The translations under genes and the position numbers were made by a program. Shown piece after piece: positions 55,140 to 64,000 of a stretch of DNA of 64,000 nt; position 1 is the stretch's first letter; each line of letters opens with the position of its first letter. Under the pieces are notes generated by a model. It did not search any database, was not told the DNA's origin, and saw only the letters and a program-made list of their open reading frames with translations. This DNA comes from a virus. The stretch lies in the IMG/VR virus record IMGVR_UViG_3300029653_000167, positions 1 to 64,000 of that record. One strand, written 5' to 3'.

Positions 55140-56029
55140 TGACCCAAATCCATATTTCCATCAGGAAGCCGAAGACGGGCGGCTTGGACCCTGTGACCGG
55201 TACGCTGCGGTTCCGCCCGGTGCGTCGTCACTTCGACGCGGCGAAGAATCTTATTATCGCGGCCTCGTTCGACGCGGACCTGTCCGAAACGGGTGAGCTG
55301 ACGGTTGACCTGCTGCCCACGACTAGCGCGTTCGTCTGGCAGGTCATCGAGTTGGCGGACACGCCGCAGGCGTACACGCGCTACGTCGAGGTGCCGGACT
55401 CCACCCACGTGGTCGCATACGCGGACCTCGTGGAAGTGGACGCCGGCACGTTCGTCCCGAAGGATATGGCCGGCTCCCAACTGCTGAAGGTTCGCAGGGC
55501 GTCCACCCAGTCGGAGGCGGAGACGCTTTCCGCACAATACACGGACGAGCTGGTGTTCTTCAACGAGACCGCCACGACCGCGAAGGCCGCTGCGGCCTTG
55601 AGCACGCTGGAGTCCATCACGGCCGAAGCTCAAACGAACGCCATGCTGGCGAAGAGCGCCATGCTGAGCGCCCGGTCTTCGGCGGATTCGGCGACCGCCA
55701 CCCAGTCCGATCTGAATGTTCTCGCGTCGAACGCCAGCATGGCGGCGGCTTCCGTCGCCAACGATTCGCAGACCGTGGCCGACACCGCTTCCATGGTCGC
55801 GGCGAAGGGCGAGACGGCCATCGCCGCCATCGATTCGACGGTGCAGGCGGTCAAGGACAAGGCCGAGAGCGCTTCCGCCGAACTGCCTTCCGCCGGCACC
55901 CCTGAAGGCACCACGGAGGAAACCGGCAAGGACTCCACCGGGGAAACGCCGACCGGAACCGTATCGGAGGAGCCCGCAGCCAAGGCCGTGAAAGCCAAGG
56001 CCAAGAAGGTTACCGTGAAGGAGGCCTGA
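55139..56029 (+). CDS. Ala-rich tail fibre-like protein
   Basis: Long Ala/Ser/Thr coiled region. Confidence 0.4.
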   Translation: MTQIHISIRKPKTGGLDPVTGTLRFRPVRRHFDAAKNLIIAASFDADLSETGELTVDLLPTTSAFVWQVIELADTPQAYTRYVEVPDSTHVVAYADLVEVDAGTFVPKDMAGSQLLKVRRASTQSEAETLSAQYTDELVFFNETATTAKAAAALSTLESITAEAQTNAMLAKSAMLSARSSADSATATQSDLNVLASNASMAAASVANDSQTVADTASMVAAKGETAIAAIDSTVQAVKDKAESASAELPSAGTPEGTTEETGKDSTGETPTGTVSEEPAAKAVKAKAKKVTVKEA

Positions 56030-56031
56030 CC

Positions 56032-56736
56032 ATGCCAGCCCTATACGCCGGCAAACGTGTCGGCAAACCATTGATGAACGGCCACACGTACAACGCCATG
56101 TTCAACGGCAAACTCGTATGGCCCCTCGACAAGGATACGGTGGTCTCCATCGAGATCACGGATGATAAGGGCAATGCCCTGCCCAAGTCTCTGGCCGTCA
56201 ACGGCAGTCTGAAACTGGGAGCCAAGGCCACCTATGCGGACGGGCATGTTGGCGACCTGCTGACCACCAAGGGCGTGACGTTCACGAGCAGGGACACGAG
56301 CACCGCCACGGTTTCGGGCAACACGCTCACGTGGAGGCATGGCGGCACGATTCTCGTCACCGCCACTGTCGACGGTTTCACTTCCGCCGCCGTGTCCATC
56401 AGCGCGGCCTACGCACCCGAGTCCATCAAGGTCACGGACGATTCCGGCCAGCCGGTCGATGCAGTCACCCTGCGCGTCGGCGAGAGCAAGAACCTCAAGG
56501 TGACGATCCTGCCCGATGCGGCATCGCAGGAGTTCACGGCCAGCGCCGCCAGCCCGGATATCGCCGTGGTTGGCGACGCGAAACCGACCGGCATCACCGT
56601 CACCCCGGAATCGTTGACATTGAGGGTGGGCGAGACAGCCAGCCTGAACGTCAACATCCTGCCGGATTACGCGCCGCAGGAATTCGCCGCGAACATCCTC
56701 GACAAGACCATCGCAACCATCAACAGTAAGGAGTAA
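56032..56736 (+). CDS. tail protein with bacterial Ig-like (Big_2) repeats
   Basis: Three repeats of KVTILPDAASQEFTASAASPDIAVVGD-type modules. Confidence 0.5.
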   Translation: MPALYAGKRVGKPLMNGHTYNAMFNGKLVWPLDKDTVVSIEITDDKGNALPKSLAVNGSLKLGAKATYADGHVGDLLTTKGVTFTSRDTSTATVSGNTLTWRHGGTILVTATVDGFTSAAVSISAAYAPESIKVTDDSGQPVDAVTLRVGESKNLKVTILPDAASQEFTASAASPDIAVVGDAKPTGITVTPESLTLRVGETASLNVNILPDYAPQEFAANILDKTIATINSKE

Positions 56737-56741
56737 CCATC

Positions 56742-57263
56742 ATGAACGAATCTTTTAGGGGGGGGGTGGCCGTATCCGGCCTGACCCCGGGTGACACCAG
56801 CCTAACCATCCAAGCCGGCACTGTCTCGAAAACCATTCCAGTGCGCGTGTTACCCCCGATCAAGAACATGTGGCTGAAGATACCAAACGGTACGCAGAAT
56901 GACGTGACGTTTACGGTCGCCGCCGACGGTGGCATCCACGTGAAAGGCACCAGCACCTCGTCAGTCGGGCGTGCCGATCAGGGTAGTACGGATAATACGC
57001 CGTTGCCAGCGGGACAATACACGTTATCCACCGCGAACCTCCCCGACGGAATCATCCTATTCATAGTCGTTATCACAGGCGGCAAGACCGAATACAAGGT
57101 GCTGAACAATCAAGTTCACAATTTGGCTGTCACGTTCACGGTATCGGAAAACAGCACCTATCAGTGCAAGGTCGGAGTGAACAACGGCGGGCCCGTTGAC
57201 GCGACGGTGTATCCAATGCTGGAAACCGGCAGCGAAGCACACGCGTACAAGCCATACGCATAA
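56742..57263 (+). CDS. tail fibre/receptor-binding accessory protein
   Basis: Position. Confidence 0.35.
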   Translation: MNESFRGGVAVSGLTPGDTSLTIQAGTVSKTIPVRVLPPIKNMWLKIPNGTQNDVTFTVAADGGIHVKGTSTSSVGRADQGSTDNTPLPAGQYTLSTANLPDGIILFIVVITGGKTEYKVLNNQVHNLAVTFTVSENSTYQCKVGVNNGGPVDATVYPMLETGSEAHAYKPYA

Positions 57264-57312
57264 ACCGGAAGCCTCATGAATAGGGGCTTCCATTATTTCA
57301 AGGAGGCCCCTC

Positions 57313-58230
57313 ATGGGTATTTCCGTAACCGGTGTGGAACCCGGAACCACCACAATCGCCATCAAGTCGACAACCAATCCGAACATCAGCAAAAAGGTGC
57401 CGGTCACCGTCAAATCCCGTAACCTGTTGTCTTATGGCCCCGCGTCGGGCAACGGTCTGACCGCCACCGTCAACAGTGACGGGTCATTGCACGTCACCGG
57501 TGCCGCCGCACGGCAGTGGGCGGGCTTGGCGTGGACGTTCCCATGCCCGGTACAGGGCACCGTGATATTGCGCAGCCCCACCTTTATCGCCGGGTTGACC
57601 GCCAGCGTCAAATTCCTCGACGCCAAAGGACACCAGCTAGACGGCCAGGTCACCTCGGGCAGCAATGCCGTTGCAATCCCTGCCGGCACCGTCAGCCTGC
57701 GCTTCGAAATCCTGTCCAGCGAGGCCACGCCCACCGCGAAGGACGGCGACCTCCGAGTCCAGCTCGAATCCGGCGACACCGCGCACGAGTGGATGCGACC
57801 CGACAACACGAGCCTTAGGGTGGGGGGTGGTGAATTAGCGAACCTGTATCCGCGTGTCACCGGACTGCCTAAGACAGTGGGTGCCGCCCCGGGGATCACG
57901 GTCACGGCACCGACACCGGGCACGTACCGTTTCAAAGGCTCCACCACGACAGGGGCCGGCTCGTGGAATAACTTGACCAGTGTGGTGCATGTGGATGCGG
58001 GAACGTACACGATGGACGCCACGGACTGGCCGCTGGGCAACAATTCATGGCTGATGGGCATACAAGTCCATATCTCCCCCGACGACGGGAGCGAAGGAGC
58101 AACTGTGTTCGAACCTCGTAACTATGGGCCGAAAACCTTGAAGGCCGGCACTCTCCAATGCAACATTTTCGTCGACACCACGGGCGAGGTCGATAAGACG
58201 TTCACGCCCCGCCTGTACAAGCTCGACTGA
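57313..58230 (+). CDS. tail fibre/receptor-binding protein
   Basis: Beta-rich Gly/Thr-rich 305 aa before lysis cassette. Confidence 0.4.
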   Translation: MGISVTGVEPGTTTIAIKSTTNPNISKKVPVTVKSRNLLSYGPASGNGLTATVNSDGSLHVTGAAARQWAGLAWTFPCPVQGTVILRSPTFIAGLTASVKFLDAKGHQLDGQVTSGSNAVAIPAGTVSLRFEILSSEATPTAKDGDLRVQLESGDTAHEWMRPDNTSLRVGGGELANLYPRVTGLPKTVGAAPGITVTAPTPGTYRFKGSTTTGAGSWNNLTSVVHVDAGTYTMDATDWPLGNNSWLMGIQVHISPDDGSEGATVFEPRNYGPKTLKAGTLQCNIFVDTTGEVDKTFTPRLYKLD

Positions 58231-58353
58231 TTTTGGCCCCACACCATTCCGTGTGGGGCTTTTCCATTGACGGCCCCGAGTGGGCCGTGACAATCCTGAC
58301 CCACGACCGTGGGCCACAAACAAACAATATCCATCCCACAGAGAGGAGAAAAC

Positions 58354-59463
58354 ATGGTCAACAACAAGGACAAGCCGAAACCGTGGTATAAGCGGCTGCT
58401 CGCCAAGGGCACGGCACTAGCCGCCGCCGTGTGCATGATGCTGCTCCCGGCGACCGCCCACGCGGACATGCAGGGCGTGGACATGTCCAACTGGCAGTGC
58501 GGCGCTGACGTGTATAACATGCAGGCGGACTTCGTGGTGGTCGGCACCACATGGGGCACCGGACAGGTCAACAACAACTGCCTCGTGTCCGGCGTGAACA
58601 CCGATGCCAACCGCATGATCTACCAGGCGCAGGCATCCGGCAAGAAATTCGGCCTCTACCATTACGCCATGGGCGGCAACCCGGAAGCCGAAGCCCAATT
58701 CTTCTACCGCAACACCAGCAACTATTGGCGTCACGGCATCGTCGCCCTTGACTGGGAGATGGACGATAATCCGGCGTGGGGTAACTGGGACTGGGTGCGC
58801 CGCTTCATGGCGGAGTGCGAACGGCTCTCGGGCGGCGTCAAGCCGCTGCTCTACACCGGCCCCGTGGCCGGCACCATCCCCGGCGACATCCGCGCCAACT
58901 ACGGTTTGTGGATCGCGCAGTACGCGAACATGGCCCCGACCGGCTACCAGGCCGACCCGTGGATGCTGGGCGCGTACGGCGAGGCCATGCGCCAGTACAG
59001 CGGTACCGGTGTCGTCAACACGTGGAGTCCCATCGACCTCAACATTTTCCGTGGCGAGGCATGGCAGTGGGATTTGTACGCCAACCCCACCGGTTCCACA
59101 GCCCCGGCCCCGGCAACGCCTGCGCCCGTACAGCCGAGCACTCCCCCGGCCAACACGGGTGGCATCAGCCACGTCATGCAGTGGGGAGAAACCATTTGGG
59201 GACTCGCCGTCGCCTACAATGCTTGGCCCCTGTCCGCATGGCATACGCCGAGCGGTGACATCAACCGCTACTACGTGGGCGATGTCGTAACCTACGGCGG
59301 CACCACCACGGCCGCGCCGTCCAACGGTGTTTCCAAGGTCCTCCAGTGGGGCGACACCGTGTGGGATTTCGCCACCGCGCACGGGTACAACGTCAGCCAA
59401 TGCACGGTACCCTCCGGCAACATCAACGTCTACTACGTGGGCGACGTTGTAACCTGCCGCTGA
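58354..59463 (+). CDS. endolysin: signal peptide + GH25 muramidase + two C-terminal LysM-like repeats
   Basis: AGAGGAGAAAAC SD. Signal LAKGTALAAAVCMMLLPATAHA. GH25 hallmark GVDMSNWQ. Repeats VMQWGETIWGLAVAYN / VLQWGDTVWDFATAHGYN. Confidence 0.7.
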   Translation: MVNNKDKPKPWYKRLLAKGTALAAAVCMMLLPATAHADMQGVDMSNWQCGADVYNMQADFVVVGTTWGTGQVNNNCLVSGVNTDANRMIYQAQASGKKFGLYHYAMGGNPEAEAQFFYRNTSNYWRHGIVALDWEMDDNPAWGNWDWVRRFMAECERLSGGVKPLLYTGPVAGTIPGDIRANYGLWIAQYANMAPTGYQADPWMLGAYGEAMRQYSGTGVVNTWSPIDLNIFRGEAWQWDLYANPTGSTAPAPATPAPVQPSTPPANTGGISHVMQWGETIWGLAVAYNAWPLSAWHTPSGDINRYYVGDVVTYGGTTTAAPSNGVSKVLQWGDTVWDFATAHGYNVSQCTVPSGNINVYYVGDVVTCR

Positions 59464-59532
59464 GATTCAACAGATGCCGTCGTCACTCCCCTGATGGCGG
59501 CATCACCACCATTTTTTTGATCGGAGTAAAAC

Positions 59533-59805
59533 ATGACCGACAACACGCCGGACACCCAACTCGAAGAAACCACGGAAACCGGCACGCCCAATATTCCCGA
59601 CCATACGGCCACGCCGTACACTCCCGTATTCAATGACACGGTGCGCACCATCATCTACGTGGTCACGCTCGTCGCCTCGGTCATCGGACTCGGGTTCATG
59701 AGCTTCGGCTCCCCCGAAATCGGCGGTTTCATCAGCACCGCCGCAGGCATCATCGCCGCAGGATTCGGAGTCGCATACAACCCGGTACGCATGGCCGGCA
59801 AGTAG
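59533..59805 (+). CDS. holin-like small membrane protein
   Basis: Two TM helices (VRTIIYVVTLVASVIGLGFMSF; GGFISTAAGIIAAGFGVAY) right after endolysin. Confidence 0.5.
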   Translation: MTDNTPDTQLEETTETGTPNIPDHTATPYTPVFNDTVRTIIYVVTLVASVIGLGFMSFGSPEIGGFISTAAGIIAAGFGVAYNPVRMAGK

Positions 59806-59824
59806 TCGCCGCGAATAGACACCA

Positions 59825-59867
59825 CCGCCCCTCCCCCGGCAGTAATGCTGGACGGAGGGGCGGTTTT
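59825..59867 (+). terminator. late-operon intrinsic terminator
   Basis: 10-bp stem CCGCCCCTCC/GGAGGGGCGG followed by TTTTCG. Confidence 0.5.
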
Positions 59868-60082
59868 CGCGTATTGCGATATACCGGCATGGAGGTACGG
59901 GCTGTCACGTATACTGTAAATGTCATTTATGGCCCGGTTTCCGAACAGTCACCCGCTGGTGCGCGTGCCATCCCGTTCATGGGAGGATAGGAAGCCGGGC
60001 CATATTGCTATTGCCATTCAAAAGGCGATAATATTTTACCGTTCCTCATGTCCCCAAGCATTCCCTTGCATAGGCTTCAACC

Positions 60083-60658
60083 TCACTTGAGATATTTGAC
60101 CCATCCCCGATAGGTGACGGCATGAGCGGCCTCGCGCGCACTCCCATACACCTTTCGACCCCGGTCGAAATAATGCAGGTGAAACATATTCTGATTGAAC
60201 CAATCACAATTGCAGACATGCCAGTCCCACTTGTCGCCGGTCTCCCACACCTTCAATGCTTCTTTAATATCCGGCTCGTACCGGTCATTGAATACGAGCT
60301 GCCACATCGTAGGCATACGCCATACACTCGGTTTGAACGCATACAGCCAACCGGCTTCAACCAGTGTTTTCAACGCCTTGCGTACATGCTCCGCTTCGCT
60401 TTCGGGCAATCCCATTTTCTCCGTCACCCATGTCGCGTAACCGAGATAGCAGCGGGGAGGAACAGGCACGATGTCATGGCATGAACCGGGGCCGTTGGCC
60501 GTATCGGGAACGTCCCTGTATGGTGGCCTGTTTTGAGGGTCTGGCGTCATATCGCATAGGCAGTCGAAAACGTCTCGTTCGAGACTGTTTGCCGAGTCGA
60601 TGAAAAACGATTCCGTCTGGAAGAGTTTGGCCGCGTGACGCTTGTTCTGGTATCCCAT
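60083..60658 (-). CDS. hypothetical protein (191 aa), Cys/Trp-rich
   Basis: ORF 60083..60841 from Met62 with AGGAGAGGAG SD and TAATG overlap with upstream gene. Confidence 0.4.
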   Translation of the reverse strand: MGYQNKRHAAKLFQTESFFIDSANSLERDVFDCLCDMTPDPQNRPPYRDVPDTANGPGSCHDIVPVPPRCYLGYATWVTEKMGLPESEAEHVRKALKTLVEAGWLYAFKPSVWRMPTMWQLVFNDRYEPDIKEALKVWETGDKWDWHVCNCDWFNQNMFHLHYFDRGRKVYGSAREAAHAVTYRGWVKYLK

Positions 60659-61269
60659 TACTGCTCCTCTCCTAAATGGAAATATTCCCTTGCTTGTTTT
60701 TCGGCCAGAAGATTCTCCGTGGGCGTGCCTAGACAGAGCAGCCATATCGCGTTCTTCTGCTGGAACACGTTCGCCGGCTTCAACAGTTTGAGTATGCCCC
60801 GTTGTTGCATGAATTTGGCGGCGCTGCCGATACGGTTCCATGCCGTCCTGCGTCGCTTCGGCAGTCCCTCCGCGTTACGCCGGTATTGTTCTTCGCTGAT
60901 TAGTTCCGGGTCGCTTGTCGGTTCATAATCGGGCAACGTCATTCCCAGATCGTCCATAGCGTCATTCCAACCGCCCCAATAGCACCAGTAGGGTTTCTCC
61001 CCTTTGTGTACTGCTTGGTCGTTTGGCCCGCACGCACGTAATGCCATGTAGGTGAGCAGTGAGAGCGCGAAGGAGTCCGTGACGCGCTTACCCGAGTTGA
61101 GTTTGGATAAAGCACCCTGGGAGACTTTCTCATACACTCTGTCCATGTTCTTGTATCCCACGAACTTCATGCCTTTCCTCCATGTCTCGCTGTAGGCTGG
61201 GACATGGAACGCCTGTTCCAGAAACCCCCGTTTTGTTTGATCGCTGGCGGGGGTTTCCCTTTTACACAC
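60658..61269 (-). CDS. hypothetical protein (203 aa; start may be Met34)
   Basis: Translationally coupled to the downstream gene. Confidence 0.4.
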   Translation of the reverse strand: MCKRETPASDQTKRGFLEQAFHVPAYSETWRKGMKFVGYKNMDRVYEKVSQGALSKLNSGKRVTDSFALSLLTYMALRACGPNDQAVHKGEKPYWCYWGGWNDAMDDLGMTLPDYEPTSDPELISEEQYRRNAEGLPKRRRTAWNRIGSAAKFMQQRGILKLLKPANVFQQKNAIWLLCLGTPTENLLAEKQAREYFHLGEEQ

Positions 61270-61559
61270 TCAGAAGTGTATCACATACACACGTCACTGT
61301 GTAACCTGATTCACAGTTCAGTGGGGATATATACTACACACTCAGCTGTGTATATATATAAAGTAACTAAATCTCTTATATATAAATCACAAAGTAATTT
61401 TTGACTATCTTTTCAAAAGTTCTTATATGCCGGTATAGCCTATTGTTACAGGCTTTTCCGGCATTTTTCATTGTGGAAGATACTCTCAAATCTTCTTATA
61501 TCCCCGTATGTTTTTGTGTTCAAAAGTAGTATGTGGAGTAGTAAATTCTCCATTTACTA

Positions 61560-62753
61560 CTATGCAATCAGCCGCTTCATTTCGGTTATTGACGTTTCGG
61601 AAGTTGTGTGTGCGTAATAGTTCAGCGTCATATTGATGTTGGAATGTCCCATGATGTATTGCAATGCTTTAGGGTTCATTCCCGCATTTGCTAACGTGGT
61701 GCAGAATGTGTGGCGTAAGGTGTGCGGTGTCATTACCTTTGGCAATGCGACCTTTTGCGTTTTGTTGTATTTCCTTACAAGCCCCCGGAACATACTTTCA
61801 TAGTTGACTGCCACTTTTGGCAAGCCGTTCCGGTTAAGGAACAGAAACTTTGTGTAGCCCTCTAAAATAACAGGCTGTACATATTTCCGTTTATTTAGCA
61901 CCCGTTGAAATGCTTCCAACACTTTTTCACTCATAGGAATAACCCGGTTGCCGCTTTTCGTCTTAGGCGTTTCCACATAGTAGCCCACATCTGCAATCTT
62001 CAAAAGTTGGTGGTCTACATTGATAAGCTGTTTGTCTAAGTCAATGTCAGCTTCCGTCAGTCCGCAGAGTTCCGAAATGCGAAGCCCTGTCCCTAACAGT
62101 ATGATAATCTCGTCGTAGTATTTCTGATAGACTTTATCATGCTGTACAAAGGACAGAAAAGCCGCTTCCTGCGTAGGGGATAGAGGTTCCTTTGGTTCCG
62201 TATCATCTTCAAGGACTGTGTTCAACTGGAAGTCAAATGGATTTTTACGAATACAATCGTCCTGTATGGCTGTGTAAAAGGCAGCCTTTAAGGAACGCTT
62301 GTGGTTGTTGATAGTCTTGAAGCCGTAACCTTTTTCTTTCATGCGTAACGCCCATTCCTTTGCGTCGGAGAGCTTCACATTTTCAATCCGGCAGGCTCCA
62401 AGTTTATCCTCCTGCAAAATCCGCATGAGCTGTTTTCGCCCCTGCTTTGTACCATGCCGCACATTTGCCCGGTGGCGTATCTGCTTTGCGTAGAGTTGGC
62501 AGACCGTCATTTTCTTTCCGATATGGTCGATACCGTCGTCAAGGTCTTTTTGGATTTCTTTCTCTTTTTCCCTCAACGCTATATCGTCGCGCTTTCCTGC
62601 CGGGGTTTTGTCCGTAGGCACTAACTTCCAAGAATAAACAAACTGCGGTTTCCCAAAGGTATCTATATATTTGTAGGCATATCTCCCGTCTTTTCTCTGG
62701 CTCTCTCCGGTGCGGAGAATACGATTTTTATTATCCCGTCTTTTTTCCGACAT
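61560..62753 (-). CDS. int: Tn916-type tyrosine integrase
   Basis: N-term MSEKRRDNKNRILRTGESQRKDGRYAYKYIDTFGKPQFVYSWKL and catalytic HTLRHTFCT ... MGHSNINMTLNYYAH closely follow Int-Tn916. Start refined to MSEKRRD. Confidence 0.85.
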   Translation of the reverse strand: MSEKRRDNKNRILRTGESQRKDGRYAYKYIDTFGKPQFVYSWKLVPTDKTPAGKRDDIALREKEKEIQKDLDDGIDHIGKKMTVCQLYAKQIRHRANVRHGTKQGRKQLMRILQEDKLGACRIENVKLSDAKEWALRMKEKGYGFKTINNHKRSLKAAFYTAIQDDCIRKNPFDFQLNTVLEDDTEPKEPLSPTQEAAFLSFVQHDKVYQKYYDEIIILLGTGLRISELCGLTEADIDLDKQLINVDHQLLKIADVGYYVETPKTKSGNRVIPMSEKVLEAFQRVLNKRKYVQPVILEGYTKFLFLNRNGLPKVAVNYESMFRGLVRKYNKTQKVALPKVMTPHTLRHTFCTTLANAGMNPKALQYIMGHSNINMTLNYYAHTTSETSITEMKRLIA

Positions 62754-62832
62754 CGTTATGCTCCTTTCCATAATGGAAAGAGCCTTGATATGCTTGACTA
62801 CATTGTACCACATTCAAGGCTCGATTTCACTA

Positions 62833-63072
62833 TTAGATTGCGTCCACCGTATCAATCATTTTTTCAAACTGCTTACGCTTAATCTGAATACGGTTTCCGT
62901 TCATCATTACCCAGTCCGGGACGGGATTTTCTTCTGCCAGTTTCCGCAGCTTGCTTTCTCCGATACGGAAATATTTTGCTGCTTCTTCTATGGTAAGAGT
63001 GTACTTTTCCCAAATCGGCACGTCGTTATTGTTCAATTTGTCGTCCCCCTTTCTTAATGGGTCAAAAATCAA
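62833..63072 (-). CDS. xis: Tn916-type excisionase
   Basis: [31 protein letters not shown] ... [18 protein letters not shown] matches Xis-Tn. Confidence 0.7.
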   Translation of the reverse strand: MIFDPLRKGDDKLNNNDVPIWEKYTLTIEEAAKYFRIGESKLRKLAEENPVPDWVMMNGNRIQIKRKQFEKMIDTVDAI

Positions 63073-63456
63073 TCTGTAACATAGGCTTTAATCGGACGGC
63101 TATTAGCGTAACCTCATGGGACTTGCACCCCTCCGGCGGTCTGCCGAAGCCCTACCCATTGCCTGCGACGCTTCTAACGCTCGGACTATGGCTGTAAGGA
63201 AGTATCATTATGTATTCTGTGCGTTATCGCCCGCAGGCTGCTATCCCTGCTTTACGGTGTGGTATTTCTCGCTCGCTTTTCTGTTAAGAGAAAGGTCATG
63301 GCGTACCCGCCGCATGGCTCGGCACAAAAGGAACGTATCCGATTTGCCTTATGCTGCGTCGCCGTTCTATTGCGCCGCTTTCTTTATCAAAGAGCAGGGG
63401 GCTGTCTTGCGGTATGGAACGGAAAAGGGGAAAGAAGCGTTCCAATATCGCGTAGG

Positions 63457-63714
63457 TTATTCAGCCCGAAAAGTGAGGATAGCCCTCATCAGTCTTGCTT
63501 GCAGCCGTTCCCGAATATCCTCGTCAACGCCATAATAGACATTGCCGCGCTCGTCGTAGAGCTTCCGCATGGAAAGACTTGCTATGTAGCCGCTGAAATG
63601 CTGCAAGACCATTTTCATAGCGTCCGGGTCGCCTTTGCTCGCCGCCAAAATAACGGGATAGGGAACAAGGGCATTTTCCGGGTAGTCGTTTTGATTACCA
63701 TTCGTTCCATTCAT
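63457..63714 (-). CDS. Orf8-like small regulatory protein of Tn916 family
   Basis: Position between sigma-like gene and xis. Confidence 0.35.
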   Translation of the reverse strand: MNGTNGNQNDYPENALVPYPVILAASKGDPDAMKMVLQHFSGYIASLSMRKLYDERGNVYYGVDEDIRERLQARLMRAILTFRAE

Positions 63715-63994
63715 CAGCGTGTTCCTCCAAATATTTCTTTAACAGTTCAAAAGAGCTTGTCCGTCTGTACTGTATCGTGCTGCGCGACGTATTGAACATT
63801 TTTCCGATTTCCACGTCAGTCATGCCCTCGAAATAGTACAGAAGTATAGCAGTTCTCTTTTCTTCCGGCAGGGTGCGTATTGCTTCAAGCAATAACTTCG
63901 GGGTTATTTCTTTTCCTGCCATTTGATAAGTCGGCTCGGCTGTTTCAGCTTGAAAATATTTATCCGTAGTGTAAAGCTGCCGTTCCTCATGCAA
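63695..63994 (-). CDS. Orf7-like sigma-70 region-4 (ECF-like) regulator; N-terminus may be cut by window edge
   Basis: EEKRTAILLYYFEGMTDVEIGKMFNTSRSTIQYRR. Confidence 0.5.
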   Translation of the reverse strand: MHEERQLYTTDKYFQAETAEPTYQMAGKEITPKLLLEAIRTLPEEKRTAILLYYFEGMTDVEIGKMFNTSRSTIQYRRTSSFELLKKYLEEHADEWNEW

Positions 63995-64000
63995 GGCAAG

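Larger units (their letters stand above)
61300..64000 (-). mobile_element. right-end module of a Tn916/Tn1549-family conjugative transposon (low GC), continuing beyond the window
   Basis: Int-Tn and Xis-Tn homologs plus orf8/orf7-like genes in Tn916 order. Abrupt drop to AT-rich composition from ~61270. AT-rich terminus 61270-61560. Confidence 0.55.

Noticed and set aside
58309-58353. Endolysin start at 58309
   Set aside because: A better SD (AGAGGAGAAAAC) precedes Met16 (MVNNKDKP), which begins a typical signal peptide.
61560-62813. Treating the 417-aa integrase as the prophage integrase
   Set aside because: The gene is AT-rich, matches Tn916 Int with an adjacent Tn916-type Xis and orf7/8, and sits 1.7 kb beyond the late-operon terminator. 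The prophage's own integrase is expected left of the repressor, outside the window.

Overview
High-GC (~60%) temperate siphovirus-like prophage, probably actinobacterial (WhiB-like gene, tRNAs without encoded CCA), that abuts the right end of a low-GC Tn916-family conjugative transposon. Positions 1-2218 hold the lysogeny switch: membrane protein, ImmA/IrrE peptidase, CI-like XRE repressor, divergent operator, Cro-like gene. Positions 2215-21183 carry + strand early/replication genes: HNH/AP2-like, RecB-like exonuclease + ERF annealing protein + SSB, WhiB-like, PD-(D/E)XK resolvase-like nuclease, an initiator with internal iterons, a Bro-N/KilAC antirepressor and many small Zn-ribbon proteins. 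This region also contains an SPFH/band-7 membrane protein flanked by two tRNA-like structured elements. An intact IS200/IS605-type TnpB-only element (21340..22782) with RE hairpins sits at the junction. Positions 23063-31299 form a minus-strand accessory block with two toxin-antitoxin pairs (DinJ/RelB-like + MazF/PemK-like; BrnT/BrnA-like), XRE regulators, a lipoprotein and a standalone ComM/Lon-like N-domain protein. A ~450-bp AC-rich/RY-alternating tract and four tRNA genes, two of them non-canonical, precede the late operon. The late operon (32730-59805, + strand) runs HNH, TerS, TerL, portal, MuF-like, scaffold, capsid, tail genes, a G/GT -1 frameshift at GGGAAAA, a 1954-aa tape measure, tail and fiber genes, and GH25+LysM endolysin with holin. 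After two unknown minus-strand genes, the window ends in an AT-rich Tn916-like module (Int, Xis, Orf8-like, sigma-like Orf7). All eyeballed DNA coordinates are approximate (+/- 3 nt).
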